Source: Octopus sinensis (taxonomy: Eukaryota). Taken from it: DNA of 64,000 nt. The stretch covers positions 39,370,001 through 39,434,000 of the forward strand of contig NC_042998.1 of NCBI RefSeq assembly GCF_006345805.1, read 5' to 3'. Position 1 is the stretch's first letter; each line of letters begins with the position of its first letter. Shown one piece after another: positions 53,101 through 64,000 of this stretch. Position numbers and translations under genes: made by a program. The notes under the pieces are model-generated. The model saw nothing but the letters and a program-made list of their open reading frames with translations. It was not told the DNA's origin and searched no databases.

Positions 53101-56100
53101 TGTCATTTCTCTCTCCCTCTTTATTTCTTCATGTTCCTTTCTATTGAAGGGCGCAGGCTTGAAATGTAAAAGACTTTCTCACTTCCCGAGCACTAAACTA
53201 ATACATCTGTTTCTTGTTTACACACCCGTCTTCGTCTTTTGCTTTTTTTGTAAATTCTCACCATATACATTCCTTACATGGATGGGATGCCGATCCATTG
53301 CAGGATTTCTTATTTTTGCCAGTTGAGTAGACTGGGGCAGTGTGAAACGAAGTGTTTTGCTCTAGTCAATATTATGTTCATGGAAGACAAGTGATTCTTT
53401 TTAACCTGAGGTCAAGCATTTGACCAAAAATTCTGCATTTATCTGCCTTTTCTGGGGCCTCTCACACATGATGCTTGCATCTCATCCCTCTACTCATGAG
53501 AACTTGGTGCAAACCTCAATTTATAACAATGTTAAGTGGAAAACTCATGGAAAATTCCATGAATCGTACAATTGCAGCTGGTCAAGACAGGTCCCTTGAT
53601 ATGCTGTGGCCCTTTTGCTTGTTGTTCAGTGAAAATATTTGTTTTCTGAGTGTGACATCAAATTTAAACCCCGCTACAGCATCTTATCCAGATAAAAATA
53701 TATATTCCATTTGCTAAATACTACTGAAACATAGATCAGACTTCTGTGACAAGCCTTCATTTCGCAACAGAAAGCTCCAAAGAATAAAAGAATGTATACA
53801 AGAGATTCAACGTGGTTAGTTGGAATTCTCACCGTTATTGAGTCAATAAGGAATTGGATGATATTTACAAAAACAAAAAAAAAGGAGCAAATTATTGAAA
53901 GAAATTAAAATCAAAATTCAGTTTAAAGCAAAAATACATCATCATCATCGTTTAACTTCTGCTTTTCACGCTGGCATGGGTTGGACGGTTTGACTGGGGA
54001 CTGGTGAGCCAGAGGCTGCACCAGGCTCAATCTGATCTAGCAAAGTTTCTACAGCTGGATGCCCTTCCTAATGCCACCCACTCCAAGAGTGTAGTGAGTG
54101 CTTTTACGTGACACCAGCACAGGGACCAGTCAGACGGTTCTGGCAACGACCACGTTCGAAAAGTGTGTTATATGTGCTATTTGCACGGGAGCCAGTCCGG
54201 CAGCACATGTGCCAGTGAGGCGATGCTGGCAATGATCACGCCCAAATGGTTATTTTCGTGTGCCACCGGCACTGGAGTGAATCCATGGCCCTGGCAACAA
54301 TCATGCTCAGATGTGCTTTTAACGTTCTATGTATTTGCATCAAATTCAATAGCATCGGAATTATTACAGTTGACAGTTGGTGCATTTGATCTCTTTATCA
54401 ATACTTTCTCAGCCTTCACTCGCCTCCTGTGACATGCTCACGATGGATTAGGGTTATTTATGTCAACATCAGGGAAGTGTGTACCACTGTCATTAGTAGC
54501 AGGTTTGTAGCTGCTACTTGTGTGGCCAGTCAAGCGTACACCAAGGGAATTCTTACTATGTTTATTAGGTACTCAGTCTGGTCTGCTACAATTATAATAC
54601 CAATATGCACACACACACACACATAAATGAGAATCCATATTTATCAGTTATTTGCTGTGGTCATCAATAGAGGATGAAGGGTTACTGAAAGAAAGTAAAG
54701 CATATAAACTAACATCACATATTTAAACAAGAGAAACTCAAGTTAAATTGTAACTGGGAGCTGATTGCAGTAAAGCCCATGAGCAAGCTACAGCCTGTGA
54801 TCCACCTATCAAAGCAGTCATTCCAAATGAGAATTGAACCAAACCATAATGACCTGTTCAACCGATGCCCACATAGAAAACAGTTGTAAAACAATGATCG
54901 TTTCAGGTGAGAATCTGGACATTTGATTAGAAATACATTGCAGTATTAACGTTTGATGAAGTTTAACCATTGCCGTGGCCAGTTCTGGTGACACGTAAAA
55001 GACACCCGGTACACTCTATGGAGTGGTTGGCATCAGGAAGGGCATGCAGCCATAGAAACCATGCCAAATCAGACTGGAGCCTGGTGCAGCTCTCCGACTT
55101 ACCAGTTCCAGTCAAACTATCTTACCGATGCCAGCATGGGAAACGGATGCTGAATATGATGGTCTCCCCTACACCCATACCCACTCCATATTTTGTATTT
55201 TACAAGAATAATGAAATAAGATCCAGACAGCTTTGATATAAGGTGCTACTCCAATGTGGCCAAAGTTCAGTGACAGAAATCAGTCGAAATAAAGTGGTAG
55301 GGCTGAATGTTGCAGTTCTGTTTCTTCTATTTAAGAAGTGTGACATCTGCTATGAAATACGCCTGATTGAAGTTACTGCAAATACATTATCCTCCATTTC
55401 TGTCCTGTTACAAATTGCATCAAACTATGACCTGCTCTGCTGGTAGTTGTCTAGATTAATTTTCATACTTCAGTGTTTACTGGAAAATAAATGGCAGTTC
55501 CACAGAAGTGAATAGTCATTGTAAGTCAGGACTTAGAATCTATTTTCAGTGTTTGTAGTATAGTATGTAAGCCACATTAAAATGAAAAAGAAAAAGTGGG
55601 GGTAAATGGCAAAGATAATAATCCATGTGTTTGAGGTTAATAGCAACGTTCATGATACCAACTTCATTTCACTTTGCTTGACAAATTGTCTTCATTCATT
55701 TGTAGACACCATCTAAACTGGGTAATACACGTTCATTACACTGACGATATTTCTCTCCTTGAGTTCATCATGTACTGATCTTCGGGTTACGCTGGACAAC
55801 CTGAAATGCTTTGGGGCAGGTTTGTCTGAATTGTCAATGGAAATGTTAATATCAAGTGGCAAGAGTTTAACAAATTTTTTAATTGAAATCTTTCTTTCTA
55901 TGGAAGGGTATCCATTTCTTAAGTTTACATCTATAGATTTTCTATAGAACTCAGAACCACCACTGAAAGATACAACATGTAGGGAATCTTGCAAGCATGA
56001 AGTGGATTCAATCCACCAGAGCCAAATTTAAATTAGCAGTTCAACAGATGGTTTTTTCAGTGACAGCAGTTTTACATTTGCCAGATTGCCTTTAGCTAGG

Positions 56101-59100
56101 CCAAAATAATGTCTTCACCACTTGACCCTTATAACCTCTTCTATACTCAAAAGCTAGAATAGATATCACAGTACCACCAATGAAGTCCATTGTTCTCAAC
56201 GATATGTCTATCCTTCTGGATAGTTATAAAAGCAAGAACCCCAAGCAAAAAAACAAGTAGTCACTTGATGACAACTGAGTGAGTTGGCTCATGACAACTC
56301 AATCAGTTAGGGAACAGACTGCTAGAATCATGATCATATGCAAGGCAGCTACTAAAGACAATAGTCTGACAGAGAAATGGAATTTAATGTCAGCAACTGA
56401 GACGTCCTACAACTTTCACTAGCTCTATATCTGTTCTTTTACAACATCATTCTATCACTATTGGTGGCTTACTGCTAAAAGAACATGTACACAAAACTAT
56501 ACAAAGAAAAATTCTACCACATCCAACTTTCTTTCACATGCTCTCAGATTATATAACCTGCCCAACGAGGCAAGGTATTTTCAATGTTATAGTAAATAAA
56601 TACTTTCTTAAAACTTCATGCATTGTCCATCATTCACATCCTACAACATGCTGTTATAACAACAAATTTTTATCGTTACAACTGCTGACTCTGACATTTC
56701 ATATTGTGTACCTAATCAATCTTAACCGTTACAAACATTTTGTATACAAATGCACTCATGTAAACAGTGCAAATGAAGATAGTAATAATAGGTGGTGGGT
56801 GGGTGATGCACATTTCAGAGGTTCTTGCTCCTTCTTCAACACTCCATCCAACCTTTTTAACCATCCATGAACACCCTCTTAAAAATACCCAATAAGCTTA
56901 GTGGTGTAACACAATTGGATAGACCAATTTTACACATTCCTGGCACCTTATATTTACTTCCTGGCATTGGTGCCTCTTTTCAAGGGTAATCAAGCACAAC
57001 ACAAATATGTCCACATGTTTCAAGTGTTTGTTCCTTCTGTTTGGTTGCAAAACTTTTTTACAGACTAAAGATCTCCTTCCTTTGAGGCTTTTTTCACAAC
57101 TGGCATCCAAGAAGAACTTTAGGAATCTACAATGCTAAGCATTACTGCATCTCTTCCTTGGTTACTCTGTAAATCCACTGTCATCCATTTTCGGAGCCTT
57201 CTGCCACTTCCTGTTTGGTTGTGCCAGTGTCCATCAAACGCCTTCATTGGTGCTGCCATTATTATTGCTCCTGTGCTTCACTTGGTAGCAATGGTGCAGG
57301 GAATAACTACAAAGGCCATAAAGGCAAACGTTTCATAGATCCCTTATCCAAATATCTATGGCCTTAACCCTTGAAATTTTAGAAAGGTCCTTTCCAGACA
57401 ACTTCATCTCTAATTCGTGTGTGCCATATTATGCATTACCTTGTGAAGCTACATTTCTATAAATTCTGCTCTGTTGTCATTTGTCTGTTATCATAGCTTA
57501 AATATATCTAAGACTTTTCCAAAGCCATGCAACTAACTATTCATTGGGAGTGTTCACTGATAATCAATCATTGAGATTTAAAGTTTCTGTCTGATATGGA
57601 TTTATTAAAAATAGCTCAACAGCATTCTTGTCTTTTCTGACAGGAAGATTTAGAGCATACTAACAACTTATCAAAATAACCATTGAAATTTTAAAAGCTG
57701 TCTTATTTTTGCCTTTTATAGATTATATTTTCAGCCTAGCTACTATTTGCTTACTCTAGGAAATCTCCATGCCTTGCCATTAAATCTAAATCTATCAACT
57801 CTTCAAACTTGCAGACTTCCATAGCAACTCGATACACACAGGACAATTTCTGGAAAGAATATAAAAAAACGATGGGAGTGGACTTTTATTTGAAAAGAAT
57901 CATTCTAAGGGGTAAGTGATATTTGTTTTTCATTTTCTAGATATTCTTTTTTTTGTCAATGTTAGTAGAGATTAAACAAATCCTGTTGGGCCAACTCAGT
58001 CGCAAATTGTTTGCTGATAGGGCAACAGCTTGCCTTGTTCACTCTCGAATGACCCACTTCACTTAGTTGTGTGATTTGAAATCCCTTTCAGAGATAAAAT
58101 ATTAAGTATGACATGGGTATAGCATGAAGATAGAATGACAAGATCTGGGTCAGTGATGCCCCATTAAACAAATCTTGGGTAGGATTCACCTCCAGGTGCA
58201 TCAGTCGTATTTTGTAAAAAAAAATATGCACAGGTATGCATAGCTGCTGTGTACTTAAGAAGTTCACTTCCCAACAATGTGGTTTCAGGTTCAGACCCAG
58301 TGCATGGCATTATGGGCGGGCCCTGGGCCTACTAAAGCCTTATAAGTGGATTTGGTAAATGGAAACTGAAAGAAGCCCATCGTTTATCTCCTATGTAGAC
58401 CTATTGAGGCAAGTGAAATCAAAATCACTGACATGGCCGATCACATTACCACCTGATTGGCACTCGTGCCACTGGAATGTTTAAAGCACATCCGAGCGTG
58501 ATCGTTGCCAGGGCCACGGATTGGCTTCCATGCCGGTTACATGTAAAAAGCACCATTCAAGCGTGATTGTTGCTAGCATCACCTTACCGGCACGTGAAAA
58601 ACAACATTCAAGCGTGGTCATTGCCAGTGCCACCAGACTGGCTCCTGTACATAAAAAACACCTTTTGAGCATGGTCATTGCACATAAAAAAACACCATTT
58701 GAGCGTGGCCGTTGCCAGTATCGCCTGACTGGCCCTTGTGCCAGTGGCACGTAAAAGCATCCACTACACTCTCGGAGTGGTTGGCGTTAGGCAGGGCATC
58801 CAGCTGTAGAAACTCTGCCAGATCAGATTGGTGCCTGGTGCAGCCTTCTAGCTCACCAGTCCTCAGTCAAACTGTCCAACCCATGCCAGCATGGAAAGCA
58901 GATGATGTATATATGTGTGTGTTTCCTTGTCTGGGCATCATGCTACAGTTATAAATGAACTCCACATTATATCACACAAGTAGTGTCTGACAGTGTCTTT
59001 CAAATGTATTCCTTTTCCCCCAGTTATTTTGTGTTTCCAGAAAAGACATTTCACTTTCAATAGTCCAGATTATCTCTTTGTAAATATCAACCATTGGACG

Positions 59101-61669
59101 ACATTGTATAATTGATCCTTATCTTTTTTTGGCTTGTAATATTGGATACAAACCTTCCCATGGGCAGAATATACATTCATACTGTCAAAGCCACAGCAAC
59201 AAAACTCCAGGTGTTACACATGGAGCAATGCTGCAGCTAAACAAGCAAACACCTGAAACCTTCACATGCTACCTCAACACCTGCAATTGACACCAGGAAA
59301 TTAAATTACAGGTGTGCCTTCTCGTCAGTTGCTGGATGTCTAATAAATTTGCAGATGTCCTGCTGAAAAAACTTCCACTTTACTGCATAAACACAACAGA
59401 ATTTCTTTCAGCCACACTCATTTGTTTGGTTTTCATACAGATTGGCTTTCCTGTGTCACACACCATTGAGAACTTTGGTGAAAGCAATATCCTTGTCTTT
59501 ATCTATTTCAAGTACCTCTCAGCAACAAATTTACTTGCCTACAGACTTCATTTATCTCTCCAGGAGTTTTCTGTCAGGCCAGGTAAAAATCATTAGCAGA
59601 CCAGGTAAAAATCATTAGCAGATCAGGTGAAAATCATTAGCAGACTTGGTAAAAATCATTAGCAGGCAGGTAAAAATCATTAGCAGACCAGGTAAAAATC
59701 ATTAGCAGACCAAGTGAAAATCATTAAGAGAGCAGGTGAAAATCATTAGGAGAGCAGGTAAAAATCATTAGCAGACCTGGTAAAAATCATTAGCAGACCT
59801 GGTAAAAATCATTAGCAGACCAGGTAAAAATCATTAGTAGATCAAGTGAAAATCATTATAGCTGGGCAGGTAAAAATCATTGGGAGAGCAGGTGAAAATC
59901 ATTAGCAGACCAGATGAAAATCATTAGCAGACCTGGTAAAAATCATTAGCAGACCAGGTGAAAATCATTAGCAGAGCAGGTGAAAATCATTAGCAGAGCA
60001 GGTGAAAATCATTAGCAGACCAGGTAAAAATCATTAGCAGACCTGGTAAAAATCATTAGCTGGGCAGGTAAAAATCATTAGGAGAGCAGGTGAAAATCAT
60101 TAGCAGACCAGGTAAAAATCATTAGCAGACCAGGTGAAAATCATTAGGAGACCAGATAAAATGCTGAACAATCCATCCTTATATTCTGGGTTGAAATTCT
60201 GCTGAGATCCATTTTACTTTTCAGTGTTTTGGGGCCATCAAAATAAGTACCAGTTGCACACTGGTATCGATGTAACCAAGTTACTCCCTCCCCTGAAAAT
60301 GCTGGCCTTGTGCTAAATTTTGAAACCAATATGCAAATACAGGATGAAATTCAAGGGTTGTTTAAGAAATTGCAAGCTAATATTTCCATGTAACTATACC
60401 TTTTATCTTTTACTTTTTTCAGTCATTAGACTGTGGCCATATTGGGGCACCACCTTGAAACATCTCTTTAGTCAAATGAATTGACACCAGGACTTAATTT
60501 GTTTTGGTTTTTCTTTAAGCCTGGTACTTTTTCTATGGGCCTAAGTTACAGGGATGTAAACGCAATGTCTCAGATTGTCAGGCAGTGGCAGGGGGGGGGG
60601 GAGAAACACAGACACAAACAGCATAGGATATATCATCGTCATTTAACATTCTTGATATATTGTATGTGTGTCTGTGTTTGTCTATATATATCATCATTTC
60701 ACGCCCATTTTCCATGGGTTGGACGGTTTGGCAGGAGGAGCTGACCAGAGCTGCCCAGGCTCCAGCTGAGTCCAATTTGGCATGGTTTCTCTACAACTGG
60801 ATGTCCTTCCTAATGCCAATCAATTTACAGAGTGTGCTGAGCACTTTTGTGCAGCATCCGCATGGGTGCATTTGCATGGCAGTGGTGTAGGTGCTTTTTA
60901 TGTGGCACCAGCACCAATGAACCTGCAAGGTTAGGGATGCAGGGAATGGCCTGTATGATGCAAGGACCACCATGCTTTTACTTAGCTTGATGTGTCTTTT
61001 CAAGTACAGCAAACAACTGGGAGTCTTTGTCCCCTGTCACCCCCTCTTTGAGTCTCAATGTCTGTAGATCCTTTCTCACCACTTCGTCCCACATCTTTCA
61101 GCTATTTGCGTATTGGGACATTTGTCTAAGTTCAGAGCTCACTTGTTTTTTCGTTTTGTTTAGGCTTTTTTTTTTAACTGTTTTACATTCTGGTAAAGTT
61201 CAGGATTATCTCAAAATGAAAAATTGTTCAGTGTGATTCTGCAACTTAATTGGTTCAAATTATTATTGTTATTTTAGTCAACTTCCCTTCCTTCCTTGAG
61301 GACTTGAAATTGGTCACCTGGGATTCACTTGTTGGTCTTTTGTTTCAGATTTCATCGGCCTTTGTAGTAGAAAATTCCTGTTAACTTCTTTTCCCAATCT
61401 GTTTATATTCAGATAATCTCCACAATGCAAAGAAGCAATGAAATTTCACACCTGGTTCTGTGGAAGTTGTGGAAATTTAGAAAAAAACTTCATGCAAACT
61501 TTTGTGAACCTTTTGAATGCCATCGGTGATTTATCTCCTCTTATCCTAAAGTACTTTTGGGATTGTACTTTCTGTTTCAGGTCAAATGAATGTGGTACTG
61601 CAAATCTGGGATGTCAGTGGGATCTGTTTAGGGAGCAGCATGCTGGAAAATTACATATATGGTGCACAG
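50086..61669 (+). CDS. RAB28: Rab28-like small GTPase, first three coding exons (50086-50160, 57815-57911, 61581-61669); gene continues beyond the window
   Basis: Translation is MSDSENECFDKRLKIVLLGDCLTGK|TSIATRYTQDNFWKEYKKTMGVDFYLKRIILRG|QMNVVLQIWDVSGICLGSSMLENYIYGAQ. It aligns without gaps to human RAB28 ([27 protein letters not shown]...[47 protein letters not shown], recalled). Exon sizes 75/97/89 nt match the recalled human structure; all GT-AG. Confidence 0.9.
57815..57911 (+). CDS. RAB28: Rab28-like exon 2 (switch I YKKTMGVDF)
   Basis: Acceptor aaacttgcag|, donor G|gtaagt; 97 nt, phase 0 to 1. Confidence 0.92.
59579..60160. repeat. Minisatellite, 26 copies of a 21-22-bp unit (consensus AGGTAAAAATCATTAGCAGACC)
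   Basis: 26 occurrences of the AAATCATT core counted by hand, head to tail with no unique spacers; located in Rab28-like intron 2. Confidence 0.95.
61581..61669 (+). CDS. RAB28: Rab28-like exon 3 (switch II WDVSGI; YIYGAQ)
   Basis: Acceptor tttctgtttcag|, donor CAG|gtaagg; 89 nt, phase 1 to 0. Confidence 0.92.
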
Positions 61670-62699
61670 GTAAGGCTTGTTTTCTTTTTTCCATAAATAG
61701 ATAATTCAGTTTATAAATAGCACAGTGACAGAAATTCCCAGAACAGAATATCTGACATTAGTCTTTGAACCCATCAAAGACACTTGCATGAGAAATCCCT
61801 ATTATTGCCATACTAGGAAGACAAAATGCAAAATTTAGATCAAATTGTATTTCTTTTGTTTCAACTTCAGAATCACCAAGAGCATAATAGTCCACACTGA
61901 AATATTTTGTAAAAACAATCTCATAACAAAGCACTTGATTGCTTATGGCTTAAGAATTTCTTGGTTAACTTTAGACTTTCCGCTTAGACCACAGCTTCTG
62001 ATTCAGGTTCTCTCTCTCTCCGATGCACTCATCAATTCTGATGTGTCCCAAGGTTTTCTTGTATTCTCCTCTTGTATATTAACAGCCTTCTCACTGACAC
62101 AATGCACTCACCCATGCAGATAATGTCATTTTTCCTTCACTGTTTCTGCACCAGACACCCCAAAAAGCATTCTCCAATGGACACATGGAAATTTGTCTCC
62201 ATCAACAGTTTAAAGATAGTCTTCATCATTATCATCATTTAACACCCAGTTTTCCATGCTTGCATGGGTCAGACAGAATTTGTTGAGGCAGATTTTCAAC
62301 TGCTAGATCCCTTCCTGCTCCTAACTCTTACCCCTTTCCAAGCAAGGTAATATTTCCCAGTGGCCAGACATGATTCTTACAGAAAACTGAAAATGAATAT
62401 CATTGTTAGTATGACAGCAATGCTTGTTTACAATCATCACATGATGTCAGTACAAGGTACATACACACACACACACGCACATACATACATACATACATAG
62501 ATTTTGTGTATGTGTATACACACATGCACACAATTTAAACTTTTTTAGTTTCCATCTACCAAATCCATTCACAAGATTGGCCAACCTAGGGCTGTAGTAG
62601 AAGCCACTTGTCCCAAGACACAACATTGAACCTGAGATCCCATGGTTACAAAGCAAGCTCCTCTCACTGCACAAATCAATGAAGAACTCTCAAAGTTGT

Positions 62700-63530
62700 A
62701 ACAAATGCTTACAATTATTAATGATCTCTCTTGATTACCTTTCATTCATTAACATAATACAAACCAAAGTCCAACATACTTCATTCCTGAACAGTGGCTG
62801 ACTCTACAAAGTTTGGTGATACCTACAAAAGAAGATTGCTCCCACATCTAAAACAATGCTGCTACTAAAGACACAAAGATCTTAGAACACCAAAAAGCCA
62901 TCTAACTCATTAATAAGATACTTCATACTTTCATCTCTAACCCACATGTATGCTGATCTCCTCTGGAATGTCTTCTTAAGAGCAGATTTATGTCAACAAG
63001 TAACAACCAGTTGAACTGCTATCCACATAATATCGTCCATAGAAGAAGGGATACCCCAAAGAATGTCACATTTCAATGTCTGATTTCACCTGTACCACAG
63101 GGAACCTCACAGACAGCTGAGACTCCTTCCCAACACATTTCAAGAGAGCACCACTTATATATCCTCCCTGAGTTCCTCTCATATGCTGTTAACAATGTCC
63201 AGCAAGGAAAATAACTTCTCGTAGCACATCTCACCTTTTTCTACTATTGCTGCAACAACCTCTGCTTCTCTCAGCTCACTGATTTACATCCTACTTCAAC
63301 TTTACCCAACACAGGCACTTCTCTTCATCTCATCACCCATACTGACTTCTTTCCCACTGCTCGTACTAAACAATATGCCCTTCCTACTCCTCAAAATACC
63401 TACCCTCTGGCTTTACTCTCCTGTCCACACTTTCTCAGTAGACATCCATATACAGCTTTTGCTCTGCCGTACGAAGCTGACCAATGATGAGGGGCCTATG
63501 AGAGTCGTGGGCACATCTCTTTCCTACTGG
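62700..63530 (+). mobile_element. Highly decayed Penelope-like RT C-terminal relic
   Basis: Only short remnants (e.g. KKGYPK) and C-rich strand bias; weak. Confidence 0.3.
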
Positions 63531-64000
63531 CTAAGTTATAAAAAAGAAAACTTTTATAAAACAGTTGAAGCATATCTGCTTGTTCATTGAATATATTAAC
63601 ACCACCAGGTATATTCTACCCAAGTGCAAACACACCCCTACCCAACCCAATAAGCATCATCTAATCACATTGCAGGCTTATAAATACCCGTGCTGGTGCC
63701 ACATAAAAACACCCAGTACATACTCTGTAAAGTGGTTGGCATTAGGAAAGTCATCCAGCTGTAGAAACCATGCCTGAAAAACAATGGAACCTGGCACAGC
63801 TCTCCAGCCTTGCCAGCCCCTGTTAAACCATCCAAGATGGAAGATGGATGTTAAATGATGGTGATTGTTATTGTTTCTCAAGTTGTATAAACTGACTTAG
63901 TGACCAGGAACCCAGTTGCTTTCTAAATCTTTTCTGCTTAACCTCTCTCTCTCTCTTTCATTCACACCAAACTCATCACAGAGCCCTCAGCTTAATCCCT

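Noticed and set aside
53740-53790. TSVTSLHFATESSKE resembling Rab28 exon 2
   Set aside because: Hits a stop after 15 codons; the true 97-nt exon is at 57815-57911.
55713-57340. Minus-strand ORF-like stretches in Rab28-like intron 1 (e.g. GGSEFYRKSIDVNLRNG...)
   Set aside because: No recognisable family, and neighbouring frames are riddled with stops; most likely old TE relics. They would need BLASTx to classify.
59579-60160. Regular repeat array resembling a CRISPR
   Set aside because: Units are head to tail with no unique spacers, there are no cas genes, and the context is a eukaryotic intron.

Overview
Repeat-rich, AT-rich animal genomic DNA with no prokaryotic features. The dense (CATA)n/(TA)n/(CA)n microsatellites and the SINE/RTE/Penelope repertoire suggest a coleoid cephalopod, probably Octopus (inference, not verified). 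Two host genes were rebuilt by hand on the + strand from GT-AG splice sites with consistent phases. (1) A complete GH18 chitinase: 9 coding exons, 17657-47097, 1260 nt, 419 aa, with signal peptide and intact DxxDxDxE motif. It is strongly basic and has no CBM14 domain. (2) The first three coding exons of a divergent Rab28-like GTPase (50086-61669, continuing beyond the window) whose catalytic switch-II Gln is replaced by Ile. A poly(A)-tailed HOOK retrocopy lies antisense in a chitinase intron. The remainder is TE debris: RLE-type (R4/Dong-like) elements, one family repeatedly joined to (CATA)n; nested CR1-superfamily LINEs; RTE 3' ends; Penelope fragments with hammerhead-like motifs; two mariners; a hAT fragment; SINEs; fold-back hairpins (most beside (TA)n); and a 22-bp minisatellite apparently derived from a SINE head. 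Nearly all ORFs in the supplied track are microsatellite or TE artefacts. No wholly new multi-gene system can be supported; the best leads are the atypical Rab28, the cationic CBM-less chitinase, the CATA-associated retrotransposon and the variant hammerhead motifs. TE boundaries are approximate.
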